DNA of 63,799 nt, counting the filler. It is 22 parts of 22 records of this genome, joined end to end, with 100 filler letters (N's around TTAATTAATTAA, not from the genome) between each part and the next. Parts side by side here need not be neighbours in the genome. Positions count along the whole stretch, not along the records: positions 43,401 to 48,481 come from SRR16133337_35912; positions 48,582 to 52,539 come from SRR16133337_35949; positions 52,640 to 54,826 come from SRR16133337_36071; 19 more parts are not named here. One strand, given 5' to 3'. The notes beneath the pieces were generated by a model. The model ran no database searches and had not been told where the DNA came from. It was given only the letters and a program-made list of their open reading frames with translations. Positions 46,401-54,926 of the stretch are shown here, piece by piece. How positions within the stretch are numbered: the first letter of the stretch is position 1; each line of letters opens with the position of its first letter. The position numbers and the translations under genes are program-made.

Positions 46401-48481
46401 GCAAATAAGTTTGACATCTATAACCATTTATTTTATGCATGCCTAAAAAGTATTGAAATGAAACAATTAACTTTACACATAAAAGAAATGTCTTTGCCTC
46501 CAGTTTTTTATGCAGATGATGGATTTAGCAGCTTAATACTTAAAAATACCTCAGATGTCATCAAAGTTTCAAATCTACTAAAAAAATTAAAATCAACAGT
46601 AAATATTGAAATCAACTTTAAAAAAACTAAAATTCTTACAAATGGTAGCTACCCTGAAAATCTTGATTTATTAGGCACACCCTGTAATTATGTAAAACAC
46701 CTTGGTATATATCTTTCGTTTGATAATAATTTAGCTGTAAAATTAACATATGACGAATTGTTTGACAAACTTAGAGCACGTTCTCAAAATTGCTCATTTA
46801 AATATGGAGCAAATATTTTTAAGCGAAGAAATGTTTGCTTTGCATATATGAATAGTTTAGCATTTCATATTTTTCGTATTTATGTTCCTAATGCAAAGCA
46901 AAATAAAAAAATTTGGAAACTTACAGCCAATTTTCTTTGGTCAAATGGACCTAGTAAAAGACACAAAGTTGCTAAAAAACGGATTGAATTAGGATTCGAG
47001 GACGGGGGACTTGGCATGTTATTACCAGAGCAACAATGTTTTTCAATTTGGCTAACAAGCTTTATTAATACACTTAAACATGCTAAGCTCTACCCTGAAT
47101 CGAATCTTGGCCAAATTCTAGCTTATAAGCGAGTTCCTGTACAAACCGTTTTAAGCAATTTTGGGTCAAAATCATTAAAGAAATATTTAACAAAATTGAA
47201 ATGTCTCTACCCATCTCAAAGTCATAGTATGTTTAGTAAAACAGTGGGATTTCTTAAAAATCTAGAGAAGGATCCTAAAACCTTTCTTCACTCAACTATT
47301 ACTACCTCGATTTGGGCTAAGGACATTTCTTTCACCAATGTAGAAAATAAAACTCTTCAACAGCATGACCTTTACACTTTAGCGTCGATTCTTAAAAGCT
47401 CAGAAATTAACAAAAAACATTTATATCTACCAATAATGAAAAATGAAGTTGTTGAAATCTTTGCAGATAATCCAGTTATGTACACAAAATTATTGAAAGT
47501 TATTGAAAATGTAGGAAAGGATTTTGAATTCAACGCTCTCGAGTGTTTAACAGCTAGGAAAAATAAATATGTTTTAAAGCCTTTTATGAAAATTTCGTTG
47601 GACACTCCTTCTATATATTCTTTCCATTTTAAAAGAATGCACAAAGAAAAAATTGGGTGTCCTCATCCATCTATAGAAACAAGGAGAAGAGATTTAAAAT
47701 GGTTCCCAGATCCTGAATCATTTAGAAGTAGCTTTAACCTAGTCCTTATCTTGCCTATCCCACTATATTACAAAGGTTTTCTCTTTGAACAATATACGCG
47801 TACATTAGTTAGTAGAACTAAACTGCATGAGTGGAATCTTATTGAAAATAATATTTGTATTAAATGTAATGTAAAAAGTGACACAGAGCATTCCATCTTT
47901 GAATGTTATTTCCCACGCTACTTTGTAAATTGTTTAGCCTTGTTTTTAGATATAACATTCAATGATGGAAAGCCTGACTTCGTGTTTTTAAAAGAAAACT
48001 TTTTTCTTTTTAATATTTATTATGAAATCTTCACCAAAAACGAATACGCACAAATAACACTTTTATGCCTAGTAGCTAAGGATAGATCCTTGAAAATAAA
48101 CAAGGACACGTGCCTACCAAGGTGGAATTCAGACAATTGTTTCTCCCAAACATTGTTATTAACACAATTCACCTCAAAGCTATTAAAAGAAACAGGAATA
48201 TCCTCGTCTATAGTAGATAAATTTTTAGAATTTTTAATTCAATATAAAGACACTACTCAGTATTTTATTAATTAATATAAGCGCCCTATATTCTCTAATT
48301 ATGATATTATGTTACCATGTATGTGTATTGTATAGAGTAATCCATTGCATATTTAACAATTTTGATTTAATTATATTATCTAGTAACCCATCCTTTGAAT
48401 GAATGATTATGTTGAATGTATGTATGAATAATTAATATTAAATGTATAATTTATCTGGAATAAATTATTTAAATCGAAATC
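43401..48481 (+). mobile_element. Non-LTR retrotransposon (L1/Tx1-like)
   Basis: Possible ORF1 tail 43403-43600, ~740-nt AT-rich spacer, ORF2, AT-rich 3' region. Both ends are cut by the contig. Confidence 0.88.
44346..48275 (+). CDS. LINE ORF2: APE endonuclease + reverse transcriptase + CCHC finger
   Basis: Endonuclease: NVKG, GDLN, IDH, SDH. RT: RPICL, FDLKSAYD, QGLPSS, YADD, HLG. Zinc finger: CIKC..TEH..FEC. Uninterrupted, ~1309 aa. Confidence 0.95.
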   Translation: MSKDIPFQILCTNVKGLGSFSKSQFRLSGVNHKIKELSSASKYQPSIFVLVESRLRSFHKKIRLPKGCKYGAETSGTENSKGGIFIYFDNTYSILDRQKDVKTIVSKYAMFVKIHLGDKFINIVPVYLPSCKNYELVEILDKISIFLTDHNISEFSFFGDLNTDFKKARHKSRALIIKKFLVKHNLFNLAEKLNVDPIFTWRGLGQKINSKSYIDHFYCNSNLFNSIEFKHSSFSDHKYMCVVNKLKYTYKPPIWKPFLFSQEKFLDLMKKETEWFIRRTSDQKDSVEMCSLDELTFLNAENQNTGTLFHLIQHLKQCHDKYYSKLRFSEFEKTKLFDLQIQDLYDKLENQNSVDIQQQISELIQSQQTFFKELVHCRAELYYMRNLILDGLPNKVTFQNFKQKKRQSYNLIIDNELTSCPEKIAKTFGNIYAETVCPNVVPSSDLDDLLRTFNLSLDDIYPKITNLSSPYSTTNEFLNVVKSLKNMSSPGPTSQPKALYLFLFQFIPNLATNAFNQMYDFDLDNSDFSFVKLRNVCFLPKKDLDPTNPRNKRPICLAEVPLKILDKSLNNKVSKYMQNIVHCDQFGFIKKRHMATASVSISAVINHVKSLNINSQHIFFDLKSAYDQTLYDVTDKIISHIFPIGTFAKTWSNISNRGRFKAIVGSFSSKVYEHKLGFSQGLPSSANKFDIYNHLFYACLKSIEMKQLTLHIKEMSLPPVFYADDGFSSLILKNTSDVIKVSNLLKKLKSTVNIEINFKKTKILTNGSYPENLDLLGTPCNYVKHLGIYLSFDNNLAVKLTYDELFDKLRARSQNCSFKYGANIFKRRNVCFAYMNSLAFHIFRIYVPNAKQNKKIWKLTANFLWSNGPSKRHKVAKKRIELGFEDGGLGMLLPEQQCFSIWLTSFINTLKHAKLYPESNLGQILAYKRVPVQTVLSNFGSKSLKKYLTKLKCLYPSQSHSMFSKTVGFLKNLEKDPKTFLHSTITTSIWAKDISFTNVENKTLQQHDLYTLASILKSSEINKKHLYLPIMKNEVVEIFADNPVMYTKLLKVIENVGKDFEFNALECLTARKNKYVLKPFMKISLDTPSIYSFHFKRMHKEKIGCPHPSIETRRRDLKWFPDPESFRSSFNLVLILPIPLYYKGFLFEQYTRTLVSRTKLHEWNLIENNICIKCNVKSDTEHSIFECYFPRYFVNCLALFLDITFNDGKPDFVFLKENFFLFNIYYEIFTKNEYAQITLLCLVAKDRSLKINKDTCLPRWNSDNCFSQTLLLTQFTSKLLKETGISSSIVDKFLEFLIQYKDTTQYFIN

Positions 48482-48581
48482 NNNNNNNNNNNNNNNNNNN
48501 NNNNNNNNNNNNNNNNNNNNNNNNNTTAATTAATTAANNNNNNNNNNNNNNNNNNNNNNNNNNNNNNNNNNNNNNNNNNNN

Positions 48582-48632
48582 CAATTCAACATTTTTCACT
48601 TTTCATTTTTGTTAGCCTATAGCTTATAGCCT
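48582..48632 (+). repeat. CATTTTTCACTTTTCA + heptamer module at contig start
   Basis: caattcaacatttttcacttttca resembles 12826-12849; followed by gcctatagcttatagcc. Confidence 0.75.
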
Positions 48633-48658
48633 TTAAAAAAAAATCCTCCTCGATATCC

Positions 48659-50224
48659 TCAAATCTTCAACAATTGATCGATCTGAAATTTAATTCCAAT
48701 ATCGATACTGTAGGGTCTAAAGTTTCCTTTGAGTGGTTGCATTTTGCCTACATGGATATACAGATGCCATTTTTGATTGCGTTTATTTTCAACCCCCAGA
48801 GCATATTGAAACAACAAACCACTCCCTAAATCTATACCACCTCCACCACCTGCTCCAAACACTCCTTTACCTATCAAATTCCAGTTTGTGGCTATTGGTT
48901 GATAATAAGTTGCTCCTAATAAACCTTCTGCATAAGCACCATAATCACCTTGATACGCCCAAACGGTTCCTCCATGGATGCTAAACCGCTTCCCCAGGTA
49001 TTTCTGGATTTCAAATCCTAATAAATTGAAATAGGATTGATAAATTTTTCCGTCTTTTCTCGGTTTGTTTGGTGGAAAATAAGTTCTATTAAAAGTACTA
49101 AAAGTGATATGATTTACAGTGTATTCCTCTGAAGAAACATTAAATTTTGTGGTTCTTTTGGGCAATTTTGAAGGAAATAATCTTTCAAAGGATTTTCCGA
49201 GGCTTATTTCAATATGGTTGGTATTAAAAGCCCCCCAAGGAGCCCATGTTTTTCCTGCCATCAACTTCAAGTCATATCCATTTTTCAAAAGTAAAGAGAA
49301 CCCTAGTTCTGCCTGAGCAGTTGCTCCTCCACCCGATCTAATAGCACCTCCTCCACTTGGACCTGCTAAGAGCCTTGCTTCCAAATTCAACTTAGGAGAT
49401 ATGATAGGCAATGCCCCTCCTGCTCCTAATAAAATTGACATATAACCGTCTGCTCCTCCTTTAAAAGCTCCATTTAATTTTAAAAGACCATACAAATTTG
49501 AATGGATCGTTCTTTCTATTTGAACCCCTACCAAACCTACTTTTCCATTTTCTACTTCGGGTCTACCGAGAGCTGAACCCTTTTTGAAATTGTAATATTG
49601 GGTTCCTACCAAAGCGACTCGTAATGTATTTGTTGTAGAGAATTCCTCTTTTAATTTTGTGTAATCTGAATCTTTTACTTTAAAATAATTGGCTCCGTTT
49701 AATGTAATTCCAAAATTGACTTGATTTCCTGTAATCGCTCCTGAAGGAAAATCGATTCGAGAAATTCCAAAACGGAATCCCAGTTTGCCTACTTGTTTCT
49801 CTAAAGCCAAATGTGGACGAAAAATAAGCCCTCCTCCATCAGCAGCACCGCCGCCGCCTCCACCTCCGATAAAACCACCAAAATCGACATACAAATCTTT
49901 CTTTATAATTTGAATACGCCAACCAGCAGACATCCCCAAAGTAATCAAACCTGGACGAATCCCTTTCATCGTTGCATAGGAATTGATTCCAAAATACACT
50001 TCTGAAGATTTGTTCATAAAACGAAACAAATCAAACCCAATTCCTACAAAGCCTAAATCAGGTTCTTCTATCATGGAGACATTTTCCCAACTCCATCTAT
50101 AACGATTTGGAAATATTTCTACAGAATGCTCTTGGGCATTTAGTACTGAAACGAAGAAAACAAAAACGAATGTAAGAAGAGTTTTCACGGATACTTTTTC
50201 AATCCTAAAATTATTTTTTTTCAA
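48659..50224 (-). CDS. Hypothetical outer-membrane protein with three glycine-rich internal repeats
   Basis: Signal peptide ending VLNA/Q, amphipathic beta strands, three G-rich loops. TTG start overlaps the nhaC stop. Confidence 0.8.
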   Translation of the reverse strand: MKKNNFRIEKVSVKTLLTFVFVFFVSVLNAQEHSVEIFPNRYRWSWENVSMIEEPDLGFVGIGFDLFRFMNKSSEVYFGINSYATMKGIRPGLITLGMSAGWRIQIIKKDLYVDFGGFIGGGGGGGAADGGGLIFRPHLALEKQVGKLGFRFGISRIDFPSGAITGNQVNFGITLNGANYFKVKDSDYTKLKEEFSTTNTLRVALVGTQYYNFKKGSALGRPEVENGKVGLVGVQIERTIHSNLYGLLKLNGAFKGGADGYMSILLGAGGALPIISPKLNLEARLLAGPSGGGAIRSGGGATAQAELGFSLLLKNGYDLKLMAGKTWAPWGAFNTNHIEISLGKSFERLFPSKLPKRTTKFNVSSEEYTVNHITFSTFNRTYFPPNKPRKDGKIYQSYFNLLGFEIQKYLGKRFSIHGGTVWAYQGDYGAYAEGLLGATYYQPIATNWNLIGKGVFGAGGGGGIDLGSGLLFQYALGVENKRNQKWHLYIHVGKMQPLKGNFRPYSIDIGIKFQIDQLLKI

Positions 50225-51660
50225 TTTATTTTTTTCTTTAGTGTTTGCTTGATTTTGATGTTGAAAGCCGCAAAAAGCAAAGTCATAAACGGACTTAGAT
50301 AATTAAATATCGCATACAGAAAATAATCTGAAACAGAAACTCCTAATACACTAGACTCATAGGCTCCACAGGTATTCCATGGAATTAAAGGGGAGGTTAC
50401 GGTACCTGCATCTTCTAAAGTTCTGCTTAAATTTTCTGATGCCAACCCTTTTTCTTTATACGCTTTTTTAAACATTTTACCTGGAATCACAATGGCTAAA
50501 TATTGATCTGAAGCAATCAAATTCAATCCTAAACAACTTAAGACGGTACTTGCAAACAAACCAAATACAGAACTTGCCAATTTCAATAAGGAGTCTGTAA
50601 TTTTAGACAAGGCACCCACCGCATCCATCATGCCTCCAAAAACCATCGCACAAATAATGAGTAGTATGGTCCAAATCATACCTTTCATTCCTCCTGAACG
50701 AAATAATTGATTCAAGGCATCCTGATCTGTTTGAATTTCAATATCTGTAAATATTGCATTTACAAGGGCTTGAAAGTTAGACGAAAAAAGTTTCCCTATC
50801 AATTCTGATTGAAAAATAACTGTAAAAACAGCCGCCAATACAACTCCCGATAACAAAGCAACCAAAGGTTTTATTTTTAACAAAATCAATGCTACAACTA
50901 GCCCTGGAACTAAAAATAACCAGGGCGTTATTTGAAAAGTCTCATGAATGGTTTCTAATAAGTTATTCAAATCTGTAGTTCCTCTTGTTTCTATATTAAA
51001 GCTTATCGCCGTAAAAACAAGCAACGTTACCAAAAGCGTAGGAATTGTTGTGATTGACATGTATTTGATATGTGCAAATAAATCCGTTCCTGCCATCGCT
51101 GAAGCTAAATTTGTGGTATCACTTAAGGGGGACATTTTATCTCCAAAATAGGCTCCTGAAATCACAGCTCCTGCTATCATCCCTTTTTCAATACCCAAAG
51201 CAGCCCCTATCCCAATCAGTGCGATTCCTACAGTTGCTGAAGTTGTCCATGAACTCCCTGTTACAACGGAAATAAGAGCTGCAATCAAAACTGAAACGGG
51301 TAAAAACACGATTGGATTTAAAACTTGTAAACCGTAATAAACCATGGCAGGAATGATGCCTCCAATCAACCAAGTTCCCGCCAACGCTCCTACAAGAAAT
51401 AAGATAAGAATGGGAACTTGGACACTTTTTAAATTCTTTTGAACTTCTTTTAGCATTTTTACAAAGGTTACTTTATTCAAAAAACCGATCCCTGTGGTAA
51501 CAGTTGCTGCCATTAATAAAATAAATTGATTTGAATATTCTCCAAGCAAAACCCCTTCTTCAAAAAAGATATTGTAAGTGAGTAAAAGCATCAATACAAA
51601 AACGGGAATCAGAGCTTCCCAAAGAGTCAATTCTTTGTTCTTATTAGTTTGTATATCCAC
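50221..51660 (-). CDS. nhaC: Na+/H+ antiporter NhaC family
   Basis: GSSWTT, GAYFGDKMSPLSDTTNLA, SRTLED, LIPWN. Multi-pass membrane protein. Confidence 0.92.
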   Translation of the reverse strand: MDIQTNKNKELTLWEALIPVFVLMLLLTYNIFFEEGVLLGEYSNQFILLMAATVTTGIGFLNKVTFVKMLKEVQKNLKSVQVPILILFLVGALAGTWLIGGIIPAMVYYGLQVLNPIVFLPVSVLIAALISVVTGSSWTTSATVGIALIGIGAALGIEKGMIAGAVISGAYFGDKMSPLSDTTNLASAMAGTDLFAHIKYMSITTIPTLLVTLLVFTAISFNIETRGTTDLNNLLETIHETFQITPWLFLVPGLVVALILLKIKPLVALLSGVVLAAVFTVIFQSELIGKLFSSNFQALVNAIFTDIEIQTDQDALNQLFRSGGMKGMIWTILLIICAMVFGGMMDAVGALSKITDSLLKLASSVFGLFASTVLSCLGLNLIASDQYLAIVIPGKMFKKAYKEKGLASENLSRTLEDAGTVTSPLIPWNTCGAYESSVLGVSVSDYFLYAIFNYLSPFMTLLFAAFNIKIKQTLKKKIN

Positions 51661-51705
51661 CTTCTTCTGTTTGCTGTATTACTTCTAATGATGTAAAACT
51701 TCTCT

Positions 51706-51737
51706 TATACTCCGCCCCCTTAGAAACCCAGATTTTC
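51706..51737 (+). mobile_element. IS-like terminus
   Basis: TATACTCCGCCCCCTTAGAAACCCAGATTTT versus reverse complement of 52678-52708, TATACTCTGTTCCCTTAGAAACCCGAATTTT. Confidence 0.65.
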
Positions 51738-52140
51738 CCATCTAGAATTCAAATTTTCCTCAAAGGTATTGAAATCCGCACTTTCATGCCCTGCTTGTGC
51801 CAGAAAATGTTGTATTTTTTCCTCAGTATCCAATCCAAAATCCTTACCGTGTTCGTTGAGTATATCCGCAATTTCTTGTAATCTTTCGTCATCAGTATTG
51901 GGAAAAACTTCTTTTAAATCTTCTTTAGAAGTATCACATGGAGTGACACAATTCTCATGAAGGTCATTCATAACAAGGATCGTTATCATAATTAGGAGAA
52001 TCTATAACAACTTCGGCTAGTTCCTGGTCGCAAAAACCAGTACCATAATTTATACAATCATCACCACCACCGTCATCATCGCAATCCTCATAAGACCAAC
52101 AATCATTATCGTCTGTTTCCTCATGATCTTGTACAGATAC
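51720..52140 (-). pseudogene. Broken gene: Asp/Gly/Cys-rich linker + truncated GH19 (chitinase/lysozyme-like) domain
   Basis: ..DCDDDGGGDDC..QELAEVVI..CYE* / frameshift / ..FGLDT..IQHFLAQAGHES..FEENLN. Cut shortly after EENLN, with the stop inside the IS-like motif. Confidence 0.75.
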
Positions 52141-52710
52141 TTATTCTATATCTAGGTATAAAAAACCTTTCAAAACCATTTCAAAATCCTAAATGATCTC
52201 TATAACCAGTATTATAGATTTGAAAATCATCGACAAGAATCTTTTTAAATGGATTCTCTAACCATTGTTTTTTACAAAAAAGAAAAATTTGTCGTCTTTA
52301 TAAAAATAATCGTTTCCCAAAAATGGAATTGGAGGGAGTATAGGTAGAACTTTAAAGACTCTTGGAATTATTTTATAAAAACAGTTGCGTAATTTGAAGT
52401 AATACAAAAGGCAACCAGCCAAATAACACAAGAGGATTGTATAAAAATTGTTTGAATTTATTTTTATGTTTAATCGTATATCTTATTTCTGAAAATAAAA
52501 AAACTAGAAAATTTGAGACCGTTGCAAGGATTTGCCTAANNNNNNNNNNNNNNNNNNNNNNNNNNNNNNNNNNNNNNNNNNNNTTAATTAATTAANNNNN
52601 NNNNNNNNNNNNNNNNNNNNNNNNNNNNNNNNNNNNNNNGCCTACTGCTTATAGCCAAAAACAAAAAGAAGTCTCTAAAAATTCGGGTTTCTAAGGGAAC
52701 AGAGTATAAA

Positions 52711-52888
52711 TTAATAGAAAAAAGAATGGGGTAAACTTTCGAATCACATAGAGTTTAAAACTGAACTTTCTTAAAGGGGTGGCTAGAGAATCCATAAGGC
52801 ACTTTTAACAGGGATTGGGTGGATACCATTTAAAGCTCCGATTTAACAAAATTAAAGAACAACTTATTTTTTAACTGGACGGAGTATA
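52711..52888 (+). pseudogene. Possible C-terminal remnant and right end of an IS630-family element
   Basis: LIEK/EWGKL (one frameshift) resembles the NPIExxWxxL motif of IS630/Tc1 transposases. Ends in GGACGGAGTATA. Confidence 0.4.
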
Positions 52889-53001
52889 AATGGAATTTTT
52901 GATAGATTTTTGTCAAAAAGAATTCTACTTTTTTTTAGAAGTTTAAAAAGTAAGTTGTTAAGGAATGACTATTTAGACAGCCTCTTTTTTAAGACAAATA
53001 A

Positions 53002-53382
53002 TTAAAATGGCAAATCATCTGGTTCGTTACTGTCAGCAGTTGGAGTTGGAGTGCTTGTCGTTTCAAAATTGTCTAATGCTGGAGGTACTACCTCTGCACT
53101 TTGAGATTGTATTGCCTCAATTCTCCAACCTTGGATAGAATTAAAATACTTCGTTTCTCCTTCTGGATTTACCCATTCTCTACCACGTAAATTAATAGAC
53201 ACAGTCACATCTTGTCCAACACTATAGTTGTCTAATAAGTCACATTTATCTTGAATAAATTCTATCAAAATCATTTGTGGATATTGTTCTTCCGTTGTAA
53301 CTACTAATTCTCGTTTTCTAAATCCATTGCTTCCAAACGTTTGTGTGGCATTTATCAATTTAATCTTTCCTGCTACTTGCAT
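53002..53382 (-). CDS. DUF3127 protein (SSB-like OB fold)
   Basis: FRKRELVV..EQYPQ..IEF.QDK, NLRGREW, YFNSIQGWRI and SSB-type acidic tail DDLPF. Confidence 0.9.
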   Translation of the reverse strand: MQVAGKIKLINATQTFGSNGFRKRELVVTTEEQYPQMILIEFIQDKCDLLDNYSVGQDVTVSINLRGREWVNPEGETKYFNSIQGWRIEAIQSQSAEVVPPALDNFETTSTPTPTADSNEPDDLPF

Positions 53383-53419
53383 TTCTTTTTCTCTTTAATT
53401 ATATTAGTTTATATATATT

Positions 53420-53463
53420 AGCTTATTGTAAATAAGCTGTTGATATTTTTACATACAAAGATA
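53420..53463 (-). promoter_or_regulatory. -7 element (TATCTTTG, 53456-53463) and perfect 8-bp inverted repeat (53420-53438) upstream of DUF3127
   Basis: AGCTTATT-gta-AATAAGCT lies between the promoter element and the ATG. Confidence 0.55.
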
Positions 53464-53583
53464 TAAAAAAAAATTAAATTACTTTTTAAAATTCTATGAT
53501 GAAATATATGATTTCTTTTTACGTTCTTATTTGAATTGAGTATAAGAATATTTTTTTCGGTTTATTAATTATATACAGATGAT

Positions 53584-54732
53584 ATGAATCCTCTATTTAA
53601 GAGCCTTAGTTCTAAAAATGTTATTATTGCCATTTCTTTTTGTATTGTAGTTTCTATTTTATGGAATACGTACTATTTTTCCAATAAAGTTAAAAGAGAT
53701 GAACGTTCTAAAATGGAAATTTTAGCAAAGGCCTATGATCGATTTGGAACTTCCAATTTGCATCAAGATTTTTCCTTAGAAGCTAAAATTATTGAAAGTA
53801 ATCATAACATTCCTATGATTGTTACAGATGGAAATGGAATTATTTTGATGAAACGAAATTTAGATTCCGTTAAGGCTTTAAAGGAAGAATACCTTAAAAG
53901 TCAACTAAAACTAATGAAAAAAGAGAACAAACCTATTGTTATCAAATATTTAAAAGACAAACAATATGTAATTTATTATCGAGATTCTGATTTGTTAACA
54001 CGCTTAAAATATTATCCACTTACCTTGGTATTGATATTGGTATTGTTTTCTGGAGTTATTTACCTAATTTTTAAATCCAATAAAATAGCAGAACAAAATA
54101 AATTATGGACAGGTATTGCAAAAGAAACAGCACATCAAATTGGAACCCCTTTGTCCTCCTTGTTGGGTTGGGTAGAATTGATGAAACTCGAAAATAAAGC
54201 CCCTATGATAGTTTCAGAATTAGAAAAAGATATTGATCGGCTTAATATTATAGCAGAACGATTTTCAAAAATGGGATCCGTTCCTATATTATCACTTTTA
54301 GAAATTGGTGAAATTACGCAAAAAACCATCTCTTATTTTAAAGCTAGAAGCTCTAAAAACATACAGTTTATTCTTTTAAAACCTGAAGAAGAAATAGTGG
54401 TGAAAATCAATAAACAACTATTTACTTGGGTATTGGAAAGCTTGATTAAAAATGCGATTGATGCGATGTCGGGAAAAGGAGAGTTAAAAGTTATTTTAAA
54501 ATCTGAAAACAAACTTGTTGAAATTACAGTTTCTGATTCTGGAAAAGGAATTCCTAGAAATTTGTATAAAAAAATATTTAAACCTGGGTTTACTACAAAG
54601 AAAAGAGGATGGGGCTTAGGCTTATCTCTTTCCAAAAGAATTATAGAGGAATATCATTCCGGTAAAATTTTTGTAAAAAAATCTGAAATAGATAAGGGAA
54701 CTGTGTTTCAAATTCAATTGAATAGGAGCTAG
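53584..54732 (+). CDS. Two-component sensor histidine kinase (no regulator on this contig)
   Basis: Two TM helices, H-box ETAHQIGTPL, N-box KNAIDA, DSGKGI, GWGLGL. Confidence 0.93.
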   Translation: MNPLFKSLSSKNVIIAISFCIVVSILWNTYYFSNKVKRDERSKMEILAKAYDRFGTSNLHQDFSLEAKIIESNHNIPMIVTDGNGIILMKRNLDSVKALKEEYLKSQLKLMKKENKPIVIKYLKDKQYVIYYRDSDLLTRLKYYPLTLVLILVLFSGVIYLIFKSNKIAEQNKLWTGIAKETAHQIGTPLSSLLGWVELMKLENKAPMIVSELEKDIDRLNIIAERFSKMGSVPILSLLEIGEITQKTISYFKARSSKNIQFILLKPEEEIVVKINKQLFTWVLESLIKNAIDAMSGKGELKVILKSENKLVEITVSDSGKGIPRNLYKKIFKPGFTTKKRGWGLGLSLSKRIIEEYHSGKIFVKKSEIDKGTVFQIQLNRS

Positions 54733-54754
54733 TTTTATACTCAATCTATTGCCC

Positions 54755-54826
54755 TTTTTTTGTCTTGCGGTCTTATCGTGAAACCGTGATGCAGTAATGC
54801 GGTGATGCCGTCTTTTTTTGTCTTGC
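54755..54826 (+). repeat. Two TTTTTTTGTCTTGC copies enclosing four octamers
   Basis: cgtgaaac-cgtgatgc-agtaatgc-ggtgatgc between the copies. The contig ends exactly at the second copy. Confidence 0.85.
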
Positions 54827-54926
54827 NNNNNNNNNNNNNNNNNNNNNNNNNNNNNNNNNNNNNNNNNNNNTTAATTAATTAANNNNNNNNNNNNNNNNNN
54901 NNNNNNNNNNNNNNNNNNNNNNNNNN

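Noticed and set aside
44346..48275. Novel bacterial reverse transcriptase system (retron, DGR, defence RT)
   Set aside because: APE + RT + CCHC architecture is a eukaryotic LINE ORF2 on its own contig, with no bacterial genes.
3373..54635. Short antisense ORFs inside bacterial genes
   Set aside because: Shadow ORFs opposite well-supported genes, with no independent evidence.
54755..54826. Mini CRISPR array
   Set aside because: The repeat is only 14 nt, the interior is a tandem octamer rather than a unique spacer, and no cas genes are present.
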